A stretch of DNA of 64,000 bases from the human T2T-CHM13v2.0 reference genome, Homo sapiens: assembly GCF_009914755.1 (NCBI RefSeq), contig NC_060931.1. One strand, written 5' to 3'. The translations under genes and the position numbers were made by a program. The first letter of the stretch is position 1. Each line of letters begins with the position of its first letter. Positions 47,353 to 64,000 of the stretch are shown piece after piece. The notes under the pieces were generated by a model, which was not told the DNA's origin, searched no databases, and saw nothing but the letters and a program-made list of their open reading frames with translations.

Positions 47353-47928
47353 GCATAGTGTTTGTATGTATATATACACATACACTACATGTATACATAT
47401 GCCTGTTTTCTCATCATTACTATTCACTGAAGAACTTCAATTCTAGATTTCTATACTAAGCAACCAACTCCAAAACAGGTGAAGCTTTTCTCACAATGTA
47501 AACTACTAGAGGAAAACAGGAAAACAGTAGGAAAATCATACACCCATACCCACACCCACCCACACACACACACAGGCAGCCACATACTGACATATTATGG
47601 AAGTATTATCCACCCAGTTACAATTTTATTTAACATTTTTATTAAAAATGTTTATATCTGGATAGGAAAAAGCATACAGTATCATATGAAGTGAAATGCA
47701 AAGTACAAAATTGTACAACTGTGTGAATGAAAATAATTAATATTTATTAAATACTATGTATTAAGCACCATGCTCTGTGCTTTATGCATTTAACTTTGTT
47801 TAATCCTTCACAACTCTATGAGTAGGCATGAGTATTACCCCAATTTTATAGATGATGGAACTTCATAAATTAAAAATTCCGTATAAAAATTGAAATGAGA
47901 TATAACAAAATGTTAACAAAAATTTTAG

Positions 47929-48438
<510 letters not shown>

Positions 48439-48559
48439 TAAAAAGTGTAGCTGCCGATGAAAAAATGTATGATTTGGTAAACAGAATGCCAAGAACAAGT
48501 ACACAGTGAAATGTCATTTAATAAGATAGCATTCTTAGTGTATAGAAAGTGTGTAAAAA

Positions 48560-48812
<253 letters not shown>

Positions 48813-49614
48813 TTAAGGTAAATCAAACAAAATAATTTCCAGATCAAGCCAAAAATAAAACTTTAAAACTCTAAAGAAAAATCCACAGTAATATGATAGA
48901 AGATTTGTCAGGTCTGTATCATAGAGTGATCTTGGGTTTGAAGCAATAGAAGAAGTCACAAAGGGATAAACAAACAGATTTGAATATAAAATATTTATAA
49001 ATGGTAGAAGGAAGAAAAAATAAACTAAAAAGCAACAGACTAGAAAAACACTTTAAAAATATTACAACTGGGAAACAGTCATATTTTTAAAGTTTAATTT
49101 TGCATTTTAATTGGATATTTACATTAACATCCCATCAGATATTTGGGAAGAGATTAAAATATTTCACACAAAATTGTGTAGAGGTTTGCAAATAATAAAT
49201 AAAACATTAGAAAACATGACCCTAAATAATAACCAAAATGCAAATTAGAGCAATAGCTGAGTGTCTTCTCCATGTACTTAACTAGCAAAAAATGTAGTAT
49301 AAAAATGATATAAACACCCAATGGATGTGAATATCTTGAAGCTAGATTATCGTGAAACTACCATGGCTCACTTTAAGTCTTACATTCTTTCAGGAAAAAA
49401 TTCTGGCACAAAAGAACCTCACATCATTTGACTTCTCACTTCCACATATAGGACTTTGGTTTTATGTATTGATATTAAGCCGTGAATTTCGTATCTCATG
49501 CCATTCTCACAGCCATCTGGAAAAATAGGGATTGCAGTCTCCATGTAGCAAGATTGAGCCAAGGCTCAGAGTATCTTTAGTCATCAGAGCTTTATCTCCC
49601 TGAGGACACTGTTT

Positions 49615-50200
49615 CTTCCACCGACATCTGTGGCCGCCAAGCCCTCCAGCAGCCCCTCCGCAGCCGCAGGGGACCCGCACAGCCACGCGCACCCACTGCC
49701 TCGCGGGGTCGGCCTGCGCGCTGCCATGGACGCGTCAACCTCCGCGGCCTGGCACTGCTGGGCACTTACGCGGGTCAGGACCCGTGTCCTTAGTCCCACA
49801 GAGGGACGGGACGGGCAGCAGGTGCGGTGGGTCGCCTAGCAGCTGAGGAGCTGGCGGTAACCTGCGGCGGTGGTTTACAGCCTGCAGCTGCACCGAAGGA
49901 GGCAGAGAGGAAACCAGGGGTGTGGGCGAGAAACAGCCTGGAGGCAGCCTCCTGGGAGATGGGGAGGGAGGCAGCAACGGTGACAGCTCCTCCCAGGCTG
50001 CGTGTCCCCTGTGTTCTGGTGAGAGCCAGAGTGTTCTGCAGAGGCTTGGGGTGGACGGTGAATAAGCCTCTCCAGTGACCTGCTGGAGACATCTGTGGGC
50101 CGCAGCCACACTAGCCCCCCGGGTTGCGTTCGTCTTTCTTCCTCCTCTGTGCCTGTGGTTTCCGTCCTGATCCGGGTTCTACTCTTGCTGTCCCTTGGAT
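49615..50200. promoter_or_regulatory. CpG-rich island (regulatory element or remnant of a GC-rich exon)
   Basis: Dense CpG 49620-49900 (gcctcgcggggtcggcctgcgcgc, gacgcgtc, ttacgcgg) with abrupt AT-rich left flank. Confidence 0.6.
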
Positions 50201-50714
50201 ATCTACCTTTCCAGTGTGCCGCCAAAACCAAGGGTGGTTCCAGTACCTATTTAGGAAGACTTCTTGGCAGGCCCACATTGCGACCAGACCTCCCTGAGGT
50301 CCCTGTGCAGGATTGGGAGGAGCTGTGGGCGTGTATTAAACAGAATCACAGCACTTGAATGGAAGACTCTCCATTTAGTTACAACTTGCTGTTTTAGTAG
50401 AAGATAGAAGATTCCTCCATTACCACCACCGCCATCACCACCTTCTGCAGCGTGCCCCGGGTGGGACCGGCTTTTGCCCAGGTGCTGCTCCAGGTGGATG
50501 TTGCCGTCCGTCTGGCTGGATTCCTTCTGCCAGCAGCAACCATGAAAGAGCTGCAAACTTCTTGGGTTGGAAGGTCTCTCCCAGTGGGGGCCTCTCCCAT
50601 ACCTTGTGATATGGGTGTTGAGTTAGGACATTTACTGAGGTGATTTTATGGTCAGGTGTCTGGTAAATAGGAAATTCAAATAGTTTAAGAGGAAAAAAAA
50701 AAAGCATTGAACTT

Positions 50715-51700
50715 CCCATTTATTCCCCTATGGGCTCTGATGACCAAACTCTATCAGCAGAGGCTCTCAGGTCTCACTGAGCAAAGACAGTTTTCTAGGA
50801 CTGCAGATTTATTCTCTCTCAGTTCTGAAAGTCAGAAGCCTGACCTCCAAGTGCTGGCAGCACTGATCTCCTCTGGAGGCCCTGAGGGAGAATATAGCCC
50901 ATGCTGTCTCCTGCTTCTGGTGGCTGCTGCCAGTCCTTGGTTTTCCAGGCTCATGGAAGCATCACCCTGATCCACACACATGGCGCGTCAGTCAGGGCCT
51001 CCCAGAGAAAGGAGAAAGAGAGGTATTACAAAGAACTAGCTCAGGTGATTATGGAGGCAGGCAAGTCCCAAGATCTGCAGGGTGCACTGGCAAGCTGGAG
51101 ACCCAGGAGAGCTGGGTTTTGTTCTAGGCTGAATTTGAAGGCCTGGAAATCAGGAGAGCCAATCGCTGTTGTTTTTGTCCAAAGACTGACAAGTTCAAGA
51201 CCCAAGAAAAGCCAAAGTTTCCGTTCAGATCTGAGGATCCCAGTTAGAAGGCAGTCAGGTGGGAAGACTTCTCTCTTACTCAGTGGATGATCAGCCTTGT
51301 TCTGCTCAGGACTTCATCTGGTTGGATGAGGCCCACCCATGTTGGGGAGGGCAAAGTGCTCTACTCAGTTCACCAATTTAAATGTTAATCTCATCCAATA
51401 ATGTCCTCACAGAAACACCCAGGATAAGTTTTGTCCAAATATCAGTGTACCTCGTGGCCCAGTCAAGTTGACACATAAAATTAACCATCACATGTTCCCT
51501 CTATGTGTCTCTGTCCAAAGCTCAGCTTCTTGTAAGGGCACCAGTTATTGGATTAGGGCCTGCCCTACTTTGGTATGACTGCATCTTTCCTTGATTACAT
51601 CTGCAAAGACCCAGTTTCCAAATAAGGTCACCTATACAAGTACAGGAATTAGAACTTATGCATATTCTTGGGATTGAGGGAACACAATTCAACCCCAAAT
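50715..51700 (-). mobile_element. MLT1C-like MaLR LTR split by MLT2
   Basis: ctctggaggccctgagggagaa...cttctggtggctgc; resumes gattagggcc...gattacatctgcaaagacc...acacaattcaaccc. Confidence 0.75.
50984..51492 (-). mobile_element. MLT2B-like ERVL LTR
   Basis: gattatggaggc...aagtcccaagatctgcag...cccagtcaagttgacacataaaattaaccatcaca. Confidence 0.8.
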
Positions 51701-52004
51701 AGGTATTCATAGTTGAAAGCTGACTTGATTTCTGGCAAATTACATCTTCATGGGGAAAGAGACCTTGACTAGAATCAGTTGAAAATTTTGTCGAGAAATA
51801 GGAGACAGAGGTCACCTATGCCTCTTGCCAGGGGTTGACGTCATAGTGAGAGGGTTGTCAATTTTAGAGACGTTAGATGAATTTAGTCTGGATGCGAAAT
51901 TGTTAGTTCCTAGCACGTTATGAGGATGGCTCCCAGAAAGACATGCAATTTCCCTTTTCTGATAAAGTCAGGGTAGAAAAATGAATGAGAAATAAATTGC
52001 AGTA

Positions 52005-52598
52005 GTGTTTGCTGCTTGGGGTATAAACTGGCACACCACTTTGGAAAACTGTTTGATATTTGCTCCTAAAGTCTTACATATGGCTCCCCCAGGACACCGC
52101 AATCCCCTCCTAGATGTACACCCAGGAGAAGTGAGTGCATTTGTCCTCCAAAAGATGTGTGCAAGACTGCTTACAATTGTCAAGAACCCACATTTCTATC
52201 AGAAACCAATAAATGTATGGTGGCATATTCATACGGCAGAATAGTCCCCAGCAACAAAAATAAAAGAACAAACCACTGGCTCAACAACAATGTGGGTGGA
52301 CCTCACAGACATAACATCGAGCAGGAGAGGCCAGACACAAAGGAGTAGGGACTGTGTGACTCCTTCCCCACACACTTCAAGAGTAGGCAGCACTGATCCA
52401 AGGTGACAGACCCCAGATCCATCGTTCCCTCCTGGACAGGGACTGTCTGCAAGGGGCAGAGGGAGCCATCTGGTGTGAGGGAGATGCCCTCTGTCTTGCC
52501 CTAGGTGTTAGTTATATGCATGCATGCGTATGTAAAAATCCATTACACTGTACACTTAGCACTTGTGCGCTTTGGGGATGTATTTTATACCTCAATTT
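52005..52598 (+). mobile_element. Old L1M(E) 3' fragment
   Basis: gtataaactggcacaccactttggaaaactg...tattttatacctcaattt. Confidence 0.65.
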
Positions 52599-52599
52599 A

Positions 52600-52908
52600 T
52601 TTTATTTTATTTATTAATCTTTTTTGGAGACACAGTCTCACTCTGTCACTTAGGCTGGAGTGCAGTAGCAGGATCTCAGCTCGCTGCAGCCTCTGCCGCC
52701 CGAGTTCAAGCCATCTTCCTGACTCAGCCTCCCCATTAGCTAGGATTACAAGTGTGCACCACCATACCTGGCTAATTTCTGTATTTTTAGTAGAGACAGG
52801 GTTTCACCATGTTGCCCAGGCTGATCTCAAACTCCTGACCTCAAGTGATCTAGCCGCCTCAGCCTCCCAAAGTGCTGGGATTACAGGCATGAGCCACTGT
52901 ACCTGGCC
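52600..52908 (-). mobile_element. Alu (S/J)
   Basis: TSD tacctcaattta. Confidence 0.9.
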
Positions 52909-54253
52909 TGTACCTCAATTTAGAAAAACTAAAAAATGAATGTGTTGAATTCCTACTACATGACAGGCATTATTCCAGGCACAGCAGTAAAATCAGAGTC
53001 CCTGCTCCTGTGGAACTTACAGTCTAGGGAAAGAAGACATTTCCTACACTAATCCACTAGTAAATGGAAATGCCGAGAGTCTGGGAATAACACAAAGACA
53101 GAGCCAACGGGATTTGCTGACGGATTTGATAGAAGATTTTCAAAAGAAGAGCAGATTTTTACTTTGGGCCCGATCATCTGAAGTTGTCTTTTACGTATGT
53201 GAGCAATACAGGGCTAGATGCAGGCTTGGAAAGGAAACTCAAGAATCTGCAATTCCTGTGAAGACATCTAAGTGCAGGGCCCAGGTAGGGGGCAAGACGT
53301 CTGCGTCTCCAGTGCAGGGGGGTGGTCTGTGCTGGAAATTTCCATGTGTAAGTTTATAGCATATATTTGATTTCTTTTGTTCTAATAATGGAACTGGATA
53401 AGACTGATGAGAGAGATTGAGGCAAGGGAGGGGTTGGGTTAAAATGAAAAAAAACCCTGAGTATTATTTGACTTCTGAAATTATGTGCCTGCATAAAACA
53501 AAAACTAAAAATAAATGTAATCATGAACGAAATTTACTCTCAAGGTTAAATAATTTCTGTACACATTCTATCCATCCTTCCCTCAACTTCATTTTCTTTC
53601 CTCTGAAATATGTCTCAATGGGTTTCAACAGTTGTCTACGCATAGTCTTTCTACATCTAAACATGTCTAACTCATCTTGAATGAGAGTTTAGTTAGTATA
53701 ATGGGCTATTCAGTAGGAAAATTCAAGGCACTCAAGTACAGGTGAGTTGTAAAATGGGCAACCTTATGAGAAGGATGCATTCTCACAGGAAATGGCTCCA
53801 GCCGCTGAATGGCCTCTGGTGCCACAGGAGAAACAGCAGAGTTGCTGTGTCTTGTTCTGTCCCCACCCAGGGCGATGGTGGGGTGAAGTGGGGCCAACTC
53901 CTCAAATCTGGCTCCAACTGGATGACTTGGAGAGTTGAACATTGAGTCGGGGAGTGCGGGGAATGAAGTGGCCAGCTTCCAAATCCCGCCTATGACATCT
54001 GTAGAGGCAGAGACAGGCGGGTGAGCTGCTGATGGAAGAGCTGAGAAGCAGGAACCAGCCAGCAGCCTGGCATTGGTCAGGACAAGGGGAAGCAGGAACT
54101 CCAGGGCCTGCACTCTGAGAGCTGACCTGGAGTCCTTTGGGGCCCCCTGATGGGCAGTGGGGTCTCAGCACAGAAGCTGAAGGTGGACCCCTTTATTCGT
54201 AGAGGCCAGATGGGTCAAGGCATCTGTGGAAAAGAGAATGTCTGTGAAGGAAG

Positions 54254-54290
54254 GGGTCTAAATAACACGTCGTGTGGGTCTAAATAACAC
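54254..54290 (+). repeat. 22-bp-period tandem duplication
   Basis: gggtctaaataacac at 54254 and 54276. Confidence 0.85.
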
Positions 54291-54518
54291 ATCCACTCCA
54301 CGCAAGTCAGAGTCAACTTCAAACATGGCACAGGCCTGAAACGTGCAGGGCCAGCACTGAACACGACTGGCGGAGTGTTCCTCTCCCCTGCCTTACCTTC
54401 CTTCTAGCTGCCTCGGCTGAGGGAGTGAGAGCTGGTGATTTTGAATCAAATTAGGAGCTTTAACCCTGGGATGGGACTGGACAGTCTAGGTTCATGGTTT
54501 GAAACTGTGTTTTGTGTC

Positions 54519-55130
<612 letters not shown>

Positions 55131-57799
55131 TGTTTTGTATCTTAAAGCTTCCACACAAATTTTAGTTAACTTAAGAGTGCTCAGAAACATCTCCACAAGC
55201 CTATTAATTTTGAGAGTGGAAAAGGAGTTCCTTCACAGAAAATATTTCAAAGGGAGACTGGGGAACCCACTAAATTTGCAAGTATTCCATCCTCCCCTGT
55301 TGGGTTGTCCAGCATAGAGGGGAAATTAGCTACATCAGCTGTCTGAAGATATTATCCCTACTCACCAGGGCCTGTGGTTCATCCGTGGCGGGTTATTGGT
55401 CTTTTCTCTCAAGATGCATGTTAGACTTTCTTTATCTCCTGGATGGTCTGCATTTTGTTACATCTCAAGTGTGGATGTTTTATTTATCTGATTTGGAAAG
55501 CTTAGGCCACCCTCTTGATCTGAGGTCTCAAAATCATTCATTTTTTTGTTCATTTCAATACTGAAAGTTCTCTCTTAAAATATGGGCTTTTCATCATTCC
55601 TTCTAGTCTCTTCTTCTGGAATCCTCAACAAACATATAAGAGAGATTCTCAATCCATTCTCCACATCTCTGGGTTTTCAGGATTTTAGTTCTGGCTCTTA
55701 AAATAGTGCCCTAGAGATAATTTTCCAGTATTAGTTTCTAGTTCACTGTTTTGCTATTCAACTGTGTCTAGTCTAAAATCCCTCCCATTTAGTTTTTTTA
55801 AGATTGCCATCGATTCTTCTTTATATCTTCTCTTTCTCATTTTTTTTAGCATATCATTGTTCACATTTCATGAGTGCTATTCCTTTTTAGCATCTTAAAT
55901 GTAATTATTGCAAATATTTGTTAGTCTACACCAGATAATTTTATCTGCAGTAAATTTAGTATTTCATTTTTTGCTTTTTCCTTGTGTCTTTTTATAAAAT
56001 TAAATATTTTAATTAGTTTTAAGATGGGTAAGTTCTGGGGATTTTATACATTTTTGCAAGTATGTGTTGTAGGAAAAACTTGTTTTGTTTTGTTTTGATT
56101 TGATTTTCTCTTTCTTGTTCTCTCTGTTTCTCTCTTCCTGTGTAGATATTTTGTATTTGCCTCCAGCTGGTCCCTCAGATATAAATGTAGAAACAGATAG
56201 TTTTAGGACTTCTAGTCCACATTAATGTTGAAGACAGTGAGATGTGATCACCAAGCCAGTGGGCAGCTTGGCTCACATGTGGACATGAAGCTACGCCTTT
56301 GTTAAACTTTCTTCCTAGGCCAAAATCTTTCCATGAATTGGTAAAGTAGACTTCATTTGATTTTATTCTTTTTTCATGAGCAAGACAACTCACTTCTCAC
56401 CTGCTTCAACCTCAGGTAGACACTCTTCCTTCTCTTTACCCCACAGGTGCCCAGCCCCTGTCCTTGCTGAGCCCAGAGTCCACAGGCCATCACCCTTTGC
56501 TATCAACATTGTTCCTGTCTTCTCTTTTTTACATCTTGTCTACACGGTTTAGGGTTAAAGATATGGGAGGGACCAATTCATGAGTTTAATTTGCCACCTT
56601 CCTCAGAAGCTGCTTCTCCACCCTAACTCATGGAATTTACTACTTGGTTAACTTAATTCATCCTCACTTTAAAAACAAAATAATTTTCGGCTTCAGAGTT
56701 TGATCAAATTCCATAAGTTTTTATATAGCCTTCTCATTAATTTCATTTTCTCAGTAAGCTATAATTATTTTTTTAATTTCCTTATTGGCCTAAGAGCTAT
56801 TTAGAAATTTTTGTTTCTTTTGCATCAGAAATATGAATCAGTGAATAAACCACCTCGTTTTCTAATTTTAAACCTTTTTTCAGCTGTTCTATATATATGT
56901 TTCCCACCACATGAATGATGAAAGAAAAGTCCCAAGTCATCAAAGTCCCTATTTATCTGTCCTCAAGAAGAAACAGAAGAAAGCCTACCTCAGCAAGCCT
57001 CATAGCTGTTTCCTGTCTTTCACTGCTGATGAGATGCTGGCTAAAATTCCCCATAGCTGACAATGTGGCCAATAAAATAATATCAGATTTTTTTAGTGAC
57101 ACATGCCTCCATTCTATAATGTTAGCTTTATATTATTTTTACTCTATCTTATATGTACTCTGACATTTCAAATCGAGAGAAGAAATAAAAACACTTCAAG
57201 AGACTTATGTGTACCCATTTTATTAAATTTAAACCCACTAAGGCAGTCAAGAGTGTGCCTTGGAGACAGAAGCTACTTGGGGCAGATTTCTATATTTTGT
57301 CCTATTTCACATTATTAGATTCAGTAAAAATGCATTGAGAAAACAGGTAGGAACATTCAGTGCATTTAAATCTATTTCCACTTCTGACTTAATCTGATGA
57401 ATGTGTACCCCTCTTTTGAGAGTGAACTAAAAGTTAAACTTTAAAACAGGCTCCATGACAAAGGGATGTTACAGAAGAGCAACGTCAGCATCAGGGTTGG
57501 CTTCATTCCAGCCTTTTCACCAGCAGTCTGATATGAGTCATTGGTGTACTGGCACCTCGGCAACCCAAATGAACCGATGAGAAGAAAAGGAAGTTAGAAC
57601 TAGGCTTGGCAGGGGTTTGGAAAAAAGCCATGCAGGGATCCTTTCCCCTAGGTGGTGTTTCATTCAGAGCACTGGTTCTCAAATGGTGTCCCTGGAAGCG
57701 GAACATTAATTCTACCCATGAGCAGGTTAGAAATGCAAATTCATGGGCCCTCCCATGACCTATTGAGCCAAAATCTCTGGGGAAAGAGCCCTGGAATTT

Positions 57800-58416
57800 G
57801 GGTGGGAAAATGAGGAGATGTTGTCTCCAGGGTACAGACTTCCAGTTATAAGATGGGTAAGTTCTGGCCGGGCCTGTAATCTCAGCACTTTGGGAGGCTG
57901 ATGTAGGTAGATTACTTGAGGTCAGTAGTTCCAGACCAGCCTGGCCAACATGGTGAAACCCCATCTCTACTAAAAAAAAAAAAAATACAAAAGTTAGCCA
58001 GATATAATGGCACATGCCTGTAATCCCAGCTACTTGGGAGGCTGAGGCAGGAGAATCACTTGAACATAGGAGGCGGAGGTTGCAATGAGCCAAGATTGCA
58101 CCACTGCTTTCCAGACTGGGCGACAGAGTGAGACTCTGACTCAAAAAAAAAAAAATGGTAAGTTCTGGGGATCTAAGGTACAGCATGGTTACTTTAGTTA
58201 ATAATACTGGATTGCATTCTTGGAACTTGCTAAGACAGTAAATCTCAAGTGTTTTCATCACAAAACAAAGGTAATTATGGGAAGTGATGGCTGTGTTAAT
58301 TAGCTTGATAGTGGTAGGCACGTCACAATGTATGTATGTATCAAATCCTCACGTTGTATACATTGAATGTTTACAAATTCTATCAATTTTTACCTCAATA
58401 AAGCTGGGGAAAAAAT
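57800..58416 (+). mobile_element. L1MA/MB 3' end interrupted by an Alu
   Basis: gggtacagacttccagttataagatg|Alu|gttctggggatcta...tacctcaataaagctggg. Confidence 0.8.
57866..58155 (+). mobile_element. AluS lacking the A-box segment
   Basis: ggccgggc joined to ctgtaatc; TSD atg(g)gtaagttct. Confidence 0.9.
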
Positions 58417-58504
58417 CTTAAGCTGCATTCTGCAGGGTTTTTTAAAGTAATAATATCACTATTGTTTTTTTCCAAAACAATGATATAGATAGACATATAG
58501 ATAT

Positions 58505-58977
58505 TGTGAACCCCAAATATCTGAGACAGGCCTCAGTCAATTAAGGAAGTTAATTTTCCCAAAGTTAAAGATGCGCACCTGTGACACAGCCTCAGAAGGT
58601 CCTGATGACATGTGCCCAAGGTGGTCTGAGCACAGCTTGGTTTTATACATTTTAGAGAGACATGAGACGTTAATCAGCGTATATATATAATGAATGTTGG
58701 TTCTGTCCAGAAAGGTGGAACAACTTGAAGCAAACGCGGGACAGCTCAAAGCGGGAGTGGGCTTCCAGGTCACAGGTAGGTGAAAGACAAATAGTTGCAT
58801 TCTTTTGAGTTTCTGATTAGACTTTCCAAAGGAGGCAATCAGATATGCATATACCTCAGTGAGGAGAGGGATGACTTTGAATAGAATGGGAGGCAGGTTT
58901 ACTCTAATCAGTTCCTAGCTTGACTTTTCCCTTTAGCCTAGTGATTTGGGGGCCCAAAGATTTATTTTCCTTTCACG
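58505..58977 (-). mobile_element. MER4A1-like 3' LTR
   Basis: tgtgaaccccaaatatctgagacagg...gacatgtgcccaaggtggtc...atttattttcctttcac, followed by antisense PPT ttccccctcttt. Confidence 0.8.
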
Positions 58978-61255
<2,278 letters not shown>

Positions 61256-61309
61256 TCCTTTAATGACTCACCAGGTAGAGGGTTAGTATGTTGGAGGTAA
61301 TTACCCTGT

Positions 61310-61545
61310 AAACACCCACACACCCTTTATCTACCCCTGTTCTAGACCCACTCATTACCTACTTCTGCCCCACACCCACTCATTAGCTACCCCCTCGATA
61401 TCCCTGCCACTCTCTATCCCACACCACTCACTACCTCCCACACACCTCACACCCACTTGTTCTCACAACTCCACAGCTACTCACTGTCAAACCCCTGCCC
61501 CATCACCATTTTCTACTTCCTGCCCCACACCCACTTGTAATTTGT
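61310..61545 (+). repeat. C-rich degenerate minisatellite
   Basis: Recurring ccccacacccact / cactcattacctac units. Confidence 0.65.
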
Positions 61546-62227
61546 CCTAAGTTCCCTATGGATACTTACTTAAGTATTCAGTAATCCTATCTCTCTCTCC
61601 ATCTATCCATCTGTCTGTCTATCTACCATCCCCCCATCCATCCAACTATTTTAACAGGGAGTTAGGAAAGGGCAATTCAGCTTTCCTAGCTACTCATGAT
61701 CTTAAGCTAGAACCTCTACCTTGCACTTACTTATTTGAAACTGCTTGTGAGTGGAGCATGGAGGCTTGGCATCCTGGTGAGTTTAGTGTCTCACACTCAA
61801 GAACTGCTCTCTTTCTTTTTTTCTCTTTTGTGGGAGTCTCATGCACACTCACACAGCATGTGGGCAGAGCTGTGTTCTTACAGTTTGCTGGAGAGTCACA
61901 TGTTGGACTTACTGTGGCCACAGTTTTCAATAGTAAGAAACCTTAGTAATTCCATGTTGAAAATTACTTAGTATTAGAAAACATCTTCTTGTCATGTGAT
62001 CAGCTATGTTAAAAACAAATAATTTTTAAAAACATTTAAATTATTAGTTATTTATTTGTCCTGTCCTAAGACATACTGTTGAAGTGTATTATTAGGAATT
62101 ATTCAGGGGCCTGATATCAATTAAGAGGGGCATAGTAGAACCCAGGCAGTCTTTCTTCCTTCCCCCAGGAGTGGAAGTTGTTTTAAAACAAAATTGCTTG
62201 ACCCAGACATTAAAAAGAGAGCTTCCT

Positions 62228-62555
<328 letters not shown>

Positions 62556-62804
62556 TTAGAATAAATTTACAAATATCTCATTTTTTTTTTCCTTGAGGCT
62601 CTTGGTCCATATAGTAAATAAAATTTAGACAACTTTTTCCTGAGAAGATCCAAACTATTAGACAACAATTTATCAGACAATTGGGTCCCATAAAAGTACT
62701 CTTTATTCATTCCATCTTCCTCACAGATTGTGCAGTGTCAAATTGATGGAAGGAGCTTCTTTTAAACTCATTTATATAAAAACATTTGCTTTTAAAAGGG
62801 CCTC

Positions 62805-63093
<289 letters not shown>

Positions 63094-63906
63094 AGGACCT
63101 CCTGTCATTGTATTCCTGACTCCCATGCAGCTGTTTCTATGCAAGAGATAATATAATCTTTTTAGTTCAATTAACCTTTGATTTTAGTTATGTAACCTAG
63201 GATCTAGTGCTCACAATTATAGAATCATAATGTAGAAAAATGGGTCCTAAGTCCCTAATACATATCAAAAGATTTACAAAATTAGTTTTACTTAAAAGAT
63301 TTAGTCATTTTCAGAAGAATTTACCAGAGGAAATACTAATATTAGTGATTTATATCAAAGAGGTAAAACAAAAGCTGAAATGTTCTTTTCAAAGTAAGAA
63401 GAATTGGTCTTCTTTACAAGTGTTCTAAAAACATGATATAAGCCCTCAATTCGACAAAATAGATCAGAAAGATTCGTTGCTTTCTCCTGTACCTGTTGGA
63501 ATCTTTTTTATGTGTCCAATAGCTTTGTGATTTAGTGATTCATGCATTTGCTTTGTAATTCATTCACAACACATCTGCTCCAAGGTTTCATCCTGGAGTT
63601 TCAATAAGCATTGTCTCTCCAGGTGTCCCATAGCTCCTACTCATCTGCCTAGTATGCATTGATTAAAAGCTAAAAATGTGAACTTTTTTTTTTTGAATAG
63701 TGATATTGCAAAAACTATTGCATAGACTTTCATGTTGCTTATAATTATTTTTGGTACACAATTTATAAAGAATACATAGTTATGCCAATTTCTGGAAATA
63801 CATGCTTCCAGACCACATGAATAGCTTGAATTATTTAAAAGTAATATTTTCAGTTAACAAGGTGCTAAGATAACAAAAAATAAATTAAATGTTATAGCTA
63901 CCTTAA

Positions 63907-63969
63907 GGCTGGGCATGGTGGCTCATGCCTGTAATCCCAGCACTTTGGAAGGCCGAGGTGGGTAGGTCA
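63907..63969 (+). mobile_element. Alu 5' fragment
   Basis: ggctgggcatggtggctcatgcctgtaatcccagcacttt, then non-Alu sequence. Confidence 0.8.
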
Positions 63970-64000
63970 TGAGTGGATGTGCAGCGGGTTGTGGATAGTG

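Noticed and set aside
57503-58321. Longest ORF (272 aa, minus)
   Set aside because: Chimeric read-through of antisense L1, Alu and MER5-like sequence; contains the typical antisense-Alu peptide.

Overview
Primate (human-like) nuclear DNA, not prokaryotic. The window is repeat-dense, with about 30 Alus, L1/L2/MIR fragments, MaLR/ERVL/ERV1/ERVK LTRs and Tigger/hAT DNA transposons. No intact protein-coding gene, rRNA, tRNA or CRISPR array is recognisable. Firm landmarks are a disabled RPL31 processed pseudogene (8248-8727), a full-length minus-strand SVA with a 15-bp TSD (18965-20707), an HML-2 LTR5-type solo LTR with a 6-bp TSD (27126-28058), a Tigger1 carrying a MER41A solo LTR, a twin-primed L1, a truncated MER4 provirus and two CpG-rich islands (~16.0-16.7 kb, ~49.6-50.2 kb). 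The most unusual signals are of two kinds. First, there are several independent repair scars: a 1.9-kb inversion inside Tigger1 with an inverted duplication and a hairpin at the junction, a ~255-bp MER2 piece copied 5.2 kb into an LTR, a ~30-bp copy of a pre-Alu L1 site, and a 5'-inverted Alu. Second, a speculative chain of minus-strand exon-like segments (63.6 to 49.6 kb) may be a decayed multi-exon gene. I cannot support a claim of a new biological system. Repeat subfamily names come from recalled consensus sequences and need RepeatMasker/Dfam confirmation.
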